DNA from: Parcubacteria group bacterium GW2011_GWA1_56_13
GTDB lineage: Bacteria; Patescibacteriota; Minisyncoccia; Phycocordibacterales; Phycocordibacteraceae
Reading direction: 5' to 3'
Length of the DNA stretch: 64,000 nt
NCBI GenBank assembly: GCA_001004905.1
Contig: LCRY01000002.1
Coordinates: 115,577 to 179,576, forward strand
Under the pieces are notes generated by a model. The model saw only the letters and a program-made list of their open reading frames with translations, did no database searches and had not been told where the DNA came from. A program made the position numbers and the translations under genes. Positions 10,052 to 20,500 of the stretch are shown piece after piece. Position 1 is the first letter of the stretch, and every line of letters begins with the position of its first letter.

Positions 10052-12004
10052 CTATGTTGCGGGGACGAAGTCCAATTCTTTTTCGGGAATTCGTGCGGCG
10101 ATGAGCTTCACGCGGATAGGATCGCCGAGCTGGAAGGCCTTTTTCGTGCGGCGCCCGACGAGGCGGTAGTGCTTTTCATCGTATTCAAAATAATCGTCAC
10201 CGACGTCCTTGATGCGTATCATGCCGTCGGCGTGCGTGGTCTGCTCTTCGACGTACAGTCCGCGTTCCGTAACGCCCGAAATAACGGCGTCGAATTCCTG
10301 GCCGACTTTGTCGGCCAAGAATTCGACCTGCTTCATTTTAATGGAATCGCGCTCGGCGTCGGAAGCCGCAACTTCGCGCTCGGACGCGTGAAGCGCGAGA
10401 GTGTCGAATTCCTGCATCTCCTGCGGAGTGATCGGAACGCCGCCTGCGTGCGCTTTGATGAGCCGGTGGATAACGAGGTCGGGATATCTGCGGATCGGAG
10501 AGGTGAAGTGCGTGTAGAAGTCGAAGCCCAGACCGAAGTGGCCGATGTTCTTCGTCGCGTACACCGCCTTCGCCATAGACCGCAACGTTGCGGTCTTTAT
10601 GAGATATTCTTCCGGCTTTCCCTTTACTCCCTCCAGGAGGCGGTTCAATTCGGCGCCCGTAACGCGGCCCGCCTGCGTTTTGAGGTTGTAGCCGAGGACG
10701 CGGAGGAAATGAGCGAGATTCTCGATACGATCGGTGTCCGGAGTTTCGTGGACGCGATAGAGGGAGGCGAAATGCGGCCCGCCGTTCGCCGTGAGTTCGG
10801 AGAGATATTTTGCGACCGCTTCGTTGGCGAGAAGCATGAAATCCTCGATAAGGAGGTTCGTCTCTTTCCGTTCCTTGAGAGTGATGGCGATGGGCTTGCC
10901 CTCGGCATTGAGCTTCACCTTGACCTCGGCGGTATCGAATTCTATGGCGCCCTTCGCCTGGCGGGACGTACGTATCTTTTTTGAAAGGTCGAGCAGTGTA
11001 GAAAGCTCCGCATGCATGACGCCCGTTCCCGCGTCGAGCACTTCTTGCGCCTCTTCGTACGTGAAGCGCTTCTTTGAATGGATGACCGTCTCACCGAACC
11101 AGGTATCGAGGATGCGCGCATCGCCGTCGAGCGTGAAGACCGCCGAGACCGCGAGCCGGTCCTCGTTCGGTCGGAGCGAGCAGAGGTCGTTGGAAAGTAT
11201 CTCGGGGAGCATCGGGATGGTGCGGTCAACGAGGTAGACGCTCGTGGCGCGGTGGACAGCTTCCTTATCGAGCGCGCTTCCGGGCTTTACGAAAAAAGAG
11301 ACGTCGGCGATATGAACACCGACTTCCGTCGTGTTGTCCGGAAGGGCGCGTACCGAAAGGGCGTCGTCGAAATCCTTCGCGTCAAAGGGGTCAATGGTGC
11401 ACGTCGCGATTCCCCTGAAATCGCGACGTTTTGGGTTCTTCGCTTCATCGGCGAGCGTGAGGCGTCCGTGTTTTTCAAGATATTCCGCATCGGCGACGGC
11501 GCCGGGAGGGAAGTCGCTCGCGAACCCTTGCCCGAGCGCCAGCGCGCGCATTTCGGTTTCGTGCACGCCGGCCTTGCCGATAACCTCTTCAATAGTACCG
11601 AGCGGATACTCCTTATCAGCGGGCCACTCCCCGAGGCGCACAAGAAGTTTGTCGCCGAGATGCGCATTGCCCCTATCCATAATAACGATAGGGACATGCA
11701 TCTTCTTATAGTCGGGCGCAAGCAGGGTGAGCCCATTTTCTTCAATGAGCGTACCGACGAACGTCTCGCGCGCGCGGGAAATTATTTCGACTACCTTGCC
11801 TGCCGCTCTGGGGGGCATCCGCCCCGAGGGATCGCGATATGCGCCTGCCGGAGCGACCTTCACGATGTCTCCCGAAAGGGCGTGATTCGTCCACTCGCTT
11901 GGGATAAGCAGGTCCTCCGTGTCTTCGCCCACGGGAAAAAACCCGATGCCTTTCCGGGTCATCGTTATCGGACCCTCGTATATGATGTTCGCATCTGCCG
12001 ACAT
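10052..12004 (-). CDS. rnr: Ribonuclease R / RNase II family 3'-5' exoribonuclease
   Basis: 650 aa with cold-shock/OB N-terminus, RNB catalytic core and C-terminal S1-like region (GMIRIKDVGDDYFEYDE). Confidence 0.88.
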   Translation of the reverse strand: MSADANIIYEGPITMTRKGIGFFPVGEDTEDLLIPSEWTNHALSGDIVKVAPAGAYRDPSGRMPPRAAGKVVEIISRARETFVGTLIEENGLTLLAPDYKKMHVPIVIMDRGNAHLGDKLLVRLGEWPADKEYPLGTIEEVIGKAGVHETEMRALALGQGFASDFPPGAVADAEYLEKHGRLTLADEAKNPKRRDFRGIATCTIDPFDAKDFDDALSVRALPDNTTEVGVHIADVSFFVKPGSALDKEAVHRATSVYLVDRTIPMLPEILSNDLCSLRPNEDRLAVSAVFTLDGDARILDTWFGETVIHSKKRFTYEEAQEVLDAGTGVMHAELSTLLDLSKKIRTSRQAKGAIEFDTAEVKVKLNAEGKPIAITLKERKETNLLIEDFMLLANEAVAKYLSELTANGGPHFASLYRVHETPDTDRIENLAHFLRVLGYNLKTQAGRVTGAELNRLLEGVKGKPEEYLIKTATLRSMAKAVYATKNIGHFGLGFDFYTHFTSPIRRYPDLVIHRLIKAHAGGVPITPQEMQEFDTLALHASEREVAASDAERDSIKMKQVEFLADKVGQEFDAVISGVTERGLYVEEQTTHADGMIRIKDVGDDYFEYDEKHYRLVGRRTKKAFQLGDPIRVKLIAARIPEKELDFVPAT

Positions 12005-12036
12005 TTCCCGTACTCTAGCAATATAACCCCGCTTCT

Positions 12037-12084
12037 GCTATACCACCACACCAACTTTGCGCTGAAGTTGGTGTGGTGGTATAG
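12037..12084. repeat. Perfect 20-bp-stem inverted repeat (ctataccaccacaccaactt ... aagttggtgtggtggtatag) in rnr/rpsP divergent region
   Basis: Exact reverse-complement arms with a 7-nt loop. Right arm carries TGgTATAGT, an extended -10 located 7 nt before the rpsP ATG. Confidence 0.45.
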
Positions 12085-12092
12085 TCGCCCTC

Positions 12093-12581
12093 ATGTTGAT
12101 GATACGATTTCAGCGCATCGGCCGGACCAATGATCCGGCATTTCGCATTGTCGTGCTCGAAAAGGAGCGCGCGGCAAAGACGGGCAATATCGTCGAACTT
12201 CTCGGCACCTACAATCCGCGGAGCAAGGCGCTGACATTGGATGAGGCGAAAGTAAAGGGATGGCTCGCCAAAGGCGCCCAGCCGACCGGCTCCATTCATA
12301 ATCTTCTCATCACGAAGGGTGTTATACAGGGAAAGAAGGTGAACGTGCTCTCCAAGAAGACGCCGCAGAAAGGGGAGAGTGCGGAGCCCGCACCTGCTGT
12401 GCCGACGACCGAGAAGGAAGCCGTCCCGACGGAAGCGCCGACCGAAGCGGAAATAATCGCCGAAGTCGCAGGTACTGACGAGGGAAGCGCGGTTCCCGCC
12501 GAGAAAGCTCCGGAAGAGACGCCTGTAACGGAAGACGTGTCCGCCGAAGCTTCGGCGAAGGAGGAGAAACCGGCCGCGTAA
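12093..12581 (+). CDS. rpsP: 30S ribosomal protein S16 with ~75-aa Ala/Glu/Pro/Thr-rich C-terminal extension
   Basis: MLMIRFQRIGRTNDPAFRIVV...LGTYNP matches the S16 N-terminal domain. Low-complexity acidic tail. Confidence 0.85.
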   Translation: MLMIRFQRIGRTNDPAFRIVVLEKERAAKTGNIVELLGTYNPRSKALTLDEAKVKGWLAKGAQPTGSIHNLLITKGVIQGKKVNVLSKKTPQKGESAEPAPAVPTTEKEAVPTEAPTEAEIIAEVAGTDEGSAVPAEKAPEETPVTEDVSAEASAKEEKPAA

Positions 12582-12616
12582 CTATCATCCGCCAGTTGGC
12601 GGACTAACATACCCCC

Positions 12617-12946
12617 ATGGAACCAGACCAAGCATTTCTCGAATACGCCGTCAAAGCCCTCGCCGACCACCCCGAATCGGTCGAGACCACCCGCACCATC
12701 GACCAGATGGGCGTCCTCCTCACGCTTACCGTTCATCCCGAGGACATGGGCAAGATCATCGGCAAAGGCGGAAAGACGGCCGAGGCCCTCCGTATCCTCC
12801 TCCGGGTCGTCGGTATGAAGGGGAATGCGCGCGTTAATTTGAAAATAAACGAACCCGTCGGCGGCAAACGGGACCTCTCCGACGCCTCGACAAAGGAAAG
12901 CGATCGTGGGAACAAGACCGTCGATGATGTGGTTGATGAGATGTAG
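12617..12946 (+). CDS. KH-domain RNA-binding protein (YlqC/UPF0109-like)
   Basis: GKIIGKGGKTAEALR KH GXXG loop. Conserved position between rpsP and trmD. Confidence 0.75.
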   Translation: MEPDQAFLEYAVKALADHPESVETTRTIDQMGVLLTLTVHPEDMGKIIGKGGKTAEALRILLRVVGMKGNARVNLKINEPVGGKRDLSDASTKESDRGNKTVDDVVDEM

Positions 12947-12966
12947 CAATCGCATCTCAATGCCTA

Positions 12967-13001
12967 CCATTTCCTTATTGCGAATCTTTTGCGTTTAGAT
13001 A
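12967..13001 (+). promoter_or_regulatory. Conserved 35/36-nt promoter-region motif, copy 1 (upstream of trmD)
   Basis: ccatttccttattgcgaatcttttgcgtttagata; near-identical copy at 43626-43661 upstream of zur. Confidence 0.4.
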
Positions 13002-13005
13002 CATC

Positions 13006-13680
13006 ATGATGCGATTCCATCTCATCACGCTTTTCGAGGACGAGTGCGACGCGTACCTTTCGGCGTCCATTGTCGGCCGCGCTCGGAAAGAGAAAAAGAT
13101 ATCGGTCGCCTATCAAAACCCGCGCGATTTTGTAGATAACAAATGGGGAAAAGTCGATGAGCGCCCGTACGGCGGCGGCCCCGGGATGGTAATGTCCGCA
13201 ATGCCCGTTGCCCGTGCTGTTCAACGGGCATTGCGGATCCCGACGAGTCCGCGAGGAGGGATGAAGAAAAGCAGGGCGGTGATTATCTGGTTCTCTCCAA
13301 GCGCGAAGCAATTCACGAACAAAGATGCCGATGCGCTCGCGAAATACGGCGATATCGCGCTCGTCTGCGGCCGCTATGAGGGCATTGACGAACGCGCGAA
13401 GAAAATCCTGAAGACGCTCGCGCCGGTCAAAGAGTTTGCGGTGGGCGAAGCCGTCTACACGGGCGGAGAGGTCCCGGCGCTCGCCGTGGTGGACGCGGTT
13501 ACGCGCCGCCTGCCGGGCGTGCTCGGCAAGGATGCATCAGTGGAAGAACGCCGCATCGCCTCCCGCGCCGTCTACACCCGCCCAGAAACTATTGAATATA
13601 AGAAGAAAAAATATCAAGTACCCAAAGTCCTCCAAACGGGACATCACGCCAACATCAACGCCTGGCGCCAAAAGAGGTAA
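13006..13680 (+). CDS. trmD: tRNA (guanine37-N1)-methyltransferase
   Basis: SPOUT/TrmD motifs: ERPYGGGPGMVM, LVCGRYEGIDER. Confidence 0.9.
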   Translation: MMRFHLITLFEDECDAYLSASIVGRARKEKKISVAYQNPRDFVDNKWGKVDERPYGGGPGMVMSAMPVARAVQRALRIPTSPRGGMKKSRAVIIWFSPSAKQFTNKDADALAKYGDIALVCGRYEGIDERAKKILKTLAPVKEFAVGEAVYTGGEVPALAVVDAVTRRLPGVLGKDASVEERRIASRAVYTRPETIEYKKKKYQVPKVLQTGHHANINAWRQKR

Positions 13681-13700
13681 TACAGAAGGCGCCATTCTGC

Positions 13701-13727
13701 ATTTAGGACACGCCGTGTCCTAAATGG
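13701..13727 (+). terminator. Hairpin (11-bp stem atttaggacac/gtgtcctaaat) downstream of trmD
   Basis: Perfect inverted repeat 21 nt after the trmD stop; weak T-tract. Confidence 0.35.
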
Positions 13728-13840
13728 GTCTTGACCGGCCATAACGCGAACATTGACGAATGGAGGAAAATCAAGCAGAATTCTCATCGAAGTTCGGAGT
13801 ACCTTCCCACACAACTTACAACCATTGAGGGAGAACTGGA

Positions 13841-14131
13841 ATGTTCGCAAAATCGATGTGTTTTATTAAAGTATCGATGTCTGAGGTACGGCATGTAAAT
13901 GTGATTGATTGGTATGGGCCTTATAAAAACGAAATAGAAGCCAAAAGACATCTCTTCAAGAATCACTGGGGACACGTCCCGCAGAAAGATTGCTGGTATG
14001 CGGATATCCCATACAGCGATAATGAGGCAGACGGAACCTACAGGCTAGAAGCAAGGATAGAAATCCTTCCCACATTCCCCAGAAAGAAACTGCATGTAAA
14101 CGGTCAGCCAGACCGGAGATATGAAGAATAA
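13841..14131 (+). CDS. Hypothetical small protein (96 aa) in an AT-rich islet
   Basis: SD GAGGGAG 7 nt before the ATG and a strong intrinsic terminator directly after. Local GC ~42%. Confidence 0.5.
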   Translation: MFAKSMCFIKVSMSEVRHVNVIDWYGPYKNEIEAKRHLFKNHWGHVPQKDCWYADIPYSDNEADGTYRLEARIEILPTFPRKKLHVNGQPDRRYEE

Positions 14132-14138
14132 GGCCTCG

Positions 14139-14167
14139 CCCCGTCCCAAGGACGGGGTCGCTTTTAT
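14139..14167 (+). terminator. Rho-independent terminator (ccccgtcc-loop-ggacgggg then CTTTTAT)
   Basis: GC-rich 8-bp stem plus T-tract immediately after the 13841-14131 stop. Confidence 0.6.
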
Positions 14168-14176
14168 CCCCAGGGG

Positions 14177-14210
14177 GTTGCCGCGAAAGGGCGATATGCT
14201 ATACTCGCAT
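14177..14210 (+). promoter_or_regulatory. Candidate sigma-70 promoter for rpoB (TTGCCG - 16 nt - TATACT); long 5' leader
   Basis: -35/-10-like hexamers ~160 nt upstream of the rpoB ATG. Confidence 0.3.
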
Positions 14211-14370
14211 TTATAAGATACGAGTGAGTCACGGAGGGCGGGGTAAACGATGCATCATCGGGCCGTCGGGCCTTCATACGGGAACCGAAGAAAACGCATA
14301 AGCGAAAGCGGATTTGTTTCCGTGCGTTCGTGTTTCTATATTTCCATTTTTATTAATTCACGCCACCCAC

Positions 14371-17300
14371 ATGTACAAAAACATCGTTCAGAAGACATTT
14401 GGTGCGTATCGAGCTCCCTCGGTTCCGTTCCCGGACCTCGTTGGGCACCAGCGGTCTTCGTTCGACTGGCTTTTAAAGGACGGCCTCGCGGAGCTTTTTA
14501 AGGAATTTTCCCCGATATCCGATTATTCGGGAAAGAAATTCGAATTACGGTTCGAAAGTTTTGAGATAGGAGAGCCGAAATACGACGAAGAGTTCGCGCG
14601 CGCCAATATGCGCACCTACGAGGCGCCGATAAAGGCGACGGTCAAGCTCGTCAACAAAACCTTCGGTTCGGAGAAGTCGCAGGAAATATTCCTCGCGGAC
14701 ATGCCGATGATGACGCCGCACGGCTCATTCATCGTTTCTGGCGTGGAGCGCGCCATCGTGCCCCAGCTCGCCCGCAGTTTCGGAGCGTTCTTCGTTTCGG
14801 AGCTTATCCGCGGCAAACCGTTCTTCGGCGCGAAGATCATCCCGCTCCGGGGCGTCTGGATAGAGTTCGATTCGGAAGCCGACGGCGCCATTTTCGTGAA
14901 GATAGACCGCAAGCGCAAATTCCCCATTACCCAGCTTCTGACCGTGTTCGGCGGCGGTCTCGGCGAGACGCTCACCAAGCATTTCGCCAAGGACTCGCTC
15001 GCTCTTTCGGCCATCAAGGCCACGCTCGAACACGACGAAGCGAAGTCAATCGAGGAAGCGTATATCGAGATACACCGCCGCATGCGCGACGGCGACCTCG
15101 CGACGCCCGAGAACGCGAAGAACTTCGTACAGTCGCTCTTCTCGGTGGAACGCTACGACCTCGGAAAGGTCGGCCGCCACCGCCTCAACGCCCGTTTCGG
15201 CCTCCCGACCACCGAGAAAGCGCTTGAGAAGCGCATATTGTCCCTTCCGGATTTCGTCCGCATCATTTCGGAGATAACGAAACTGAATGCCGATCCGTCG
15301 GCGCGTCCGGACGATATCGACCACCTGGGTTTCCGCCGCGTGCGCTTCGTCGGCGAGCTCCTCCAGTCCCGCATGCGGGTGGGCATGAGCCGCATGAAGC
15401 GAAATATCCAGGACCGCATGTCCACCATCGAGAGCGAAACGACGCTTCCCATGGCGCTCGTCAATCCGCGGCCCTTCCATGCGTCCGTTCACGAATTCTT
15501 CACCGCCAATCAGCTTTCGCAATTCATGGATCAGCAGAATATCCTCGCCGAACTAGAGAACATGCGCACGCTCTCCGCGCTCGGTCCCGGCGGCCTCACG
15601 CGCGAACGGGCGGGCTTCGAGGTGCGCGACGTGCATCCTTCCCACTACGGACGCCTCTGTCCCATCCACACGCCGGAAGGCCAGAACATCGGCCTCATTC
15701 TCCGTCTCGCGACCCACGCGCGCACGAACGACTTCGGCGTCATCGAGACCCCGTACGTCAAGGTAAAAAATGGCAAGACGACCGACGAGATCGTGTATCT
15801 CAATGCGCTCGACGAAGAGCTTGAATACATCGCGCATGGCGCGACCAAGCTCGACGAGCATGGCCGCATCCGCACCGACTTCGTGGAAGCCCGCCACAAG
15901 GGCGACCCCATTATCGTCGCGCGCGAGGCGGTGACGCTCATGGACGCTTCCACCTACCAGATGTTCTCCATCGCCACCGCGATGATCCCGTTCGTTGACC
16001 ATGATGATGCGAACCGCGCGCTCATGGGTTCAAACATGCAGAAACAGGCGACTCCGGTTTTGATCCCGGAGATACCGCTCGTTGCTACCGGCATCGAGGC
16101 GCATGCCGCCCGCTCGACCGGCCGCCTCGTTCTCGCCGAAGAAGCGGGCGAGGTCTCGCAGGTGGATGCGCGCCGCATCGTCGTAAAAAACAAGGACGGA
16201 AAAGCCAAGGAATACCGCCTTCAGGGCCTTACCCAGACCAACCAAAACTCCGCATTCATGCAGAGGCCGTCGGTCGTGCTCGGCGACAAAGTGAAGAGGG
16301 GCGCAGTGCTCGCCGACAACTCTTCCACCGACCAGGGACAGCTCGCCCTCGGGCAGAACGTGCGCGTTGCCTTCATGAGCTGGAACGGCGCGAACTACGA
16401 GGACGCGATCATCATTTCCGAACGCCTCGTTGAAGAGGCGAAGTTCACGACCGTCCATATCGAGGACTTCGACTGCGTGGTGCGCGACACAAAGCTCGGT
16501 CCCGAGACGACGACGCACGACATCCCGAACGTCGGCGAGCTCCGGCTGAAGAATCTCGACGAAGAGGGCGTCATCCGCATCGGCGCGGAAGTGCGCCCCG
16601 GCGATATTCTCGTCGGCAAAGTAACGCCGAAGGGCGAGACCCAGCTTACTCCGGAGGAGCGCCTTCTGCGCAGTATCTTCGGCGACAAGGCGAAGGATGT
16701 GAAAGACACCAGTTTGCGCATGGAGGGTGGGAAGCGCGGCCGCGTCATCGGAGTTCGCGTGTTCTCGCGCGAAAAAGGCGACCAGCTTGAGAGCGGCATT
16801 ATCAAGAAGATTGTCGTTACGGTGGCGCAGGTACGGAACGTTTCGGTCGGCGACAAGCTCGCGGGACGCCACGGCAACAAAGGCGTCATCAGCCGCGTGC
16901 TTCCCGTATGCGATATGCCGTACGATAAGGACGGCAATCCGGTAGACCTCATTCTCACGCCGCTCGGCGTTCCCTCCCGCATGAATCTCGGGCAGATACT
17001 CGAGATGCATCTCGGACTTGCGGCGCATACGCTCAACTATCAGGCCGTCGTGCCGCCGTTCGCGGGCGCGACCGCCGAGGAGATCCGCGACGAGCTCGTT
17101 TCCGCCGGCTTCGACCGCGGCGGGAAGATGCAGCTTTTCGACGGCCGCTCGGGTGACGCGTTCGCCCAGACCATCGCGGTCGGCTACATGTATATCCTCA
17201 AATTGCATCACATGGTGGAGGACAAGATCCACATGCGCTCCATCGGTCCTTACTCGCTCATCACCCAGCAGCCCTTGGGCGGCAAAGCGCAGAACGGCGG

Positions 17301-17547
17301 ACAGCGCTTCGGCGAGATGGAAGTATGGGCCCTCCTCGGCTACGGAGCCGCGTACACCCTGCGCGAGATGCTCACTATTAAATCGGACGACATCCAAGGC
17401 CGTTCCGCCGCCTTCGACGCCATCGTAAAAGGCGAGCCCATCAGCCACACCGGCACACCCGCGTCCTTCGCTGTGCTTACCAACCAGATCCGCGGCCTCG
17501 CGCTCGATGTGGAGCCGTTGAACCTGCCGCCGGAGCCGGCCGCGTAA
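14371..17547 (+). CDS. rpoB: DNA-directed RNA polymerase subunit beta
   Basis: Conserved rpoB blocks throughout (e.g. ...GRHGNKGV..., rifampicin region). Start MYKNIVQKTFG at 14371; the ORF-track start at 14314 is an upstream extension. Confidence 0.95.
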   Translation: MYKNIVQKTFGAYRAPSVPFPDLVGHQRSSFDWLLKDGLAELFKEFSPISDYSGKKFELRFESFEIGEPKYDEEFARANMRTYEAPIKATVKLVNKTFGSEKSQEIFLADMPMMTPHGSFIVSGVERAIVPQLARSFGAFFVSELIRGKPFFGAKIIPLRGVWIEFDSEADGAIFVKIDRKRKFPITQLLTVFGGGLGETLTKHFAKDSLALSAIKATLEHDEAKSIEEAYIEIHRRMRDGDLATPENAKNFVQSLFSVERYDLGKVGRHRLNARFGLPTTEKALEKRILSLPDFVRIISEITKLNADPSARPDDIDHLGFRRVRFVGELLQSRMRVGMSRMKRNIQDRMSTIESETTLPMALVNPRPFHASVHEFFTANQLSQFMDQQNILAELENMRTLSALGPGGLTRERAGFEVRDVHPSHYGRLCPIHTPEGQNIGLILRLATHARTNDFGVIETPYVKVKNGKTTDEIVYLNALDEELEYIAHGATKLDEHGRIRTDFVEARHKGDPIIVAREAVTLMDASTYQMFSIATAMIPFVDHDDANRALMGSNMQKQATPVLIPEIPLVATGIEAHAARSTGRLVLAEEAGEVSQVDARRIVVKNKDGKAKEYRLQGLTQTNQNSAFMQRPSVVLGDKVKRGAVLADNSSTDQGQLALGQNVRVAFMSWNGANYEDAIIISERLVEEAKFTTVHIEDFDCVVRDTKLGPETTTHDIPNVGELRLKNLDEEGVIRIGAEVRPGDILVGKVTPKGETQLTPEERLLRSIFGDKAKDVKDTSLRMEGGKRGRVIGVRVFSREKGDQLESGIIKKIVVTVAQVRNVSVGDKLAGRHGNKGVISRVLPVCDMPYDKDGNPVDLILTPLGVPSRMNLGQILEMHLGLAAHTLNYQAVVPPFAGATAEEIRDELVSAGFDRGGKMQLFDGRSGDAFAQTIAVGYMYILKLHHMVEDKIHMRSIGPYSLITQQPLGGKAQNGGQRFGEMEVWALLGYGAAYTLREMLTIKSDDIQGRSAAFDAIVKGEPISHTGTPASFAVLTNQIRGLALDVEPLNLPPEPAA

Positions 17548-17569
17548 TTTATTTATTTCTCTCACCCTT

Positions 17570-20500
17570 ATGGCATTCACTCCCCGCAAATTTCCGCCCC
17601 GCGACACCTGGAATGGGCTGCGTCTCGCGCTCGCCTCGCCGGAACGCATCCTCGCATGGTCGTCCGGCGAAGTGACCAAACCCGAGACCATCAACTACCG
17701 CACCCAGCGCTCCGAAAAGCACGGACTTTTCGACGAGAAAATATTCGGTCCCGAAAAGGACTATGAATGCTACTGCGGCAAATATAAGGGCATCCGCTAC
17801 AAAGGCATCGTCTGCGACAAGTGCGGCGTGGAGATAACCCGTTCCATAGTCCGGCGCGAGCGCATGGGCCACATCGAACTGTGCACGCCGGTCGCGCACA
17901 TCTGGTTCCTGCGGAGCGTTCCTTCACGGATGGCGCTCTTGCTCGGTGCCTCCGCAACGGATATAGAGAAGGTCGTTTATTTCGCCGGCTACATCGTTTC
18001 CAAGATCGCCGAGGACGAAAAAAAGCGCCTTTTGACCGAACTCGAAGGCGAATATAAATCGAAATACAAGTCGCTTACCAGCGATAAAGAGCGTGATGCA
18101 TTGAAAGAGAAAATGACGCTCACGAAGGCGGAGATCGAGAGCGTCGTCGTCGGCAAAGTTCTTGACGAGCTCGAATACCACCGTTTCTCGGTGAAATACG
18201 GCGGGCTTTTCGAGGCGCGCATCGGTGCGGAAGCCATTTACGACATTTTCTGCAAGCTTGACCTGAAAGAACTCGAGAAGACACTTTCCGCACGCTATCA
18301 GCATGCGGGCACTGCCGAGCGCGAGAAGCTCGCGAAACGCCTTTCGCTTATTGCCGGACTCATCGCCTCCGGTGTGCGCCCCGAATGGCTCTTCCTTACG
18401 CGCATCCCCGTCATCCCGCCTGCGCTTCGGCCGATGGTCGCGCTTGAAGGCGGCCGCCACGCGACCTCCGACGTGAACGACCTTTACCGCCGTGTCATCA
18501 ACCGCAACAACCGTTTGAAGAAACTCATAGACATCCACGCGCCGGAAGTCATTCTCCGCAACGAAAAGCGCATCCTCCAAGAGGCGGTTGACGCTCTTTT
18601 GGACAATTCCATCCGCAAGAGCGGCGCCTCCGCGGGCGCCATGACGCTCGCCCAGCGCCGACCGCTCAAATCGCTCGCCGACTACCTGAAAGGAAAGCAG
18701 GGGTATTTCCGCCAGAACCTTCTCGGAAAACGCGTGGATTACTCGGGCCGTTCGGTCATCGTCGTCGGCCCCGATCTGGAGCTCGACGAATGCGGTTTGC
18801 CCAAACACATGGCGCTCGAGCTCTTCCGCCCGTTCGTCATCGCCGGTCTTCTCGATCGCGAACTTGCCTTCAACATTCGCGGCGCAGGCCGTCTCATCGA
18901 GGACGGCGTCGCGGAGGTGTGGGAGATCCTTGAAGAGGCCATCGCCGGTAAATATGTGCTCCTCAACCGCGCACCGACCCTGCACCGGCAGGGCATCCAA
19001 GCGTTCCGCCCGCAGCTTATCGAAGGCGACGCCATTCAGCTCCACCCGCTCGTGTGCAACGCGTTCAATGCCGACTTTGACGGCGACCAGATGGCCGTGC
19101 ACGTTCCGCTCTCGGAGGAAGCGCAGTGGGAGGCGAAGAATGTCATGAGCGCCAACAAGAATATCCTGAAGCCGGGCTCGGGCGACATGATCGTGCTCAC
19201 CGGGAAGCCGTTGGACATCATCCTCGGCGTGTACTGGCTCACGAAAGCGGTAGAGAAAGCGAAGGGCGAGGGCGAACACTTCGCATCGCCGAACGCGGCC
19301 ATTCTCGCGTCCGAATACGGCGCCGTCGATCTGCGCGCCAAGATCAAGGTCCTGCCAGTTTCCGGCAAAGAAAAATACGCGACCTTCGAGAATCGTCCGT
19401 TCGAGACGACCGTCGGGCGCCTTCTCTTCAACACCGTCCTTCCCGCCGACTACCCGTTCATCAACGAGACCATCACGAAGAAAGTCCTCTCGCGCATCGT
19501 CACCGACTGCATTACGCGCTATGGGCTCGATGCCGTGCCGGGCATCGTCAATAAGGTGAAACGCTTCGGCTTCGATTACGCGACCCGCTCTGGCATCTCA
19601 TGGGCGATCAACGATGTTTCCGTGCCGAAAGAGAAGACCCGCATCATTGATGGCGCCGTCGCAAAGGTCGCCGCTCTGGAGAAGGATTACCAAAACGGTC
19701 TCTTGTCCGAGGAAGAAAAGCGCCGTATGGCCATCGAGATATGGCAGGGCGCCAAGCAGGCGGTTGAGGAGGAGGTCGCGCTTGAACTTGACCCCATGGG
19801 TTCCGTCGCCGATATGGTGAGAAGCGGCGCGCGCGGAACGCTCGGCAACCTGACCCAGATGGCCGGCATGAAAGGCCTCATCCAGAACACGGCCGGCGTG
19901 ACCATCGAAGTGCCCATCATATCTTCGATGATCGAGGGGTTGAATCCCATCGAATACTTCATGAGCACCCACGGCGCGCGCAAAGGACTTACCGACACCG
20001 CGCTCGGGACCGCGAAGGCGGGTTACCTCACGCGCCGCCTCTTTGACGTGGCGCAGGATTCCATCGTGACCGAGAAGGACTGCGGCACCGCACGCGGCGT
20101 GAAGATCAATCGGATGAGCGCTTCCGGCATTCAGATCAATTACGCGGAGGCGCTTCGCGGCCGCGTGCTTGCGGAAGACGCAAAAGACCAGGACGGAACC
20201 GTCCTGTTCAAGAAAGGGCACTACCTTTCCAAGGGAGACGCCGAAGCTCTTGACGCTTCTTCGATCGCCACGGTCGTCTCGCGCTCGCCGATGTCCTGCG
20301 AGACGCGCTATGGCGTGTGCCAGACCTGCTACGGCATGGACCTTACGACGCAGGAATTGGTAGACCTCGGCGAAGCGGTCGGCACGGTCGCCGCGCAGGC
20401 CATCGGCGAGCCGGGCACCCAGCTCACGATGCGCACCTTCCACGCCGGCGGCGTCGCATCCATCGGCGGCGACATCACGAGCGGCCTCCCGCGCGTCGAG

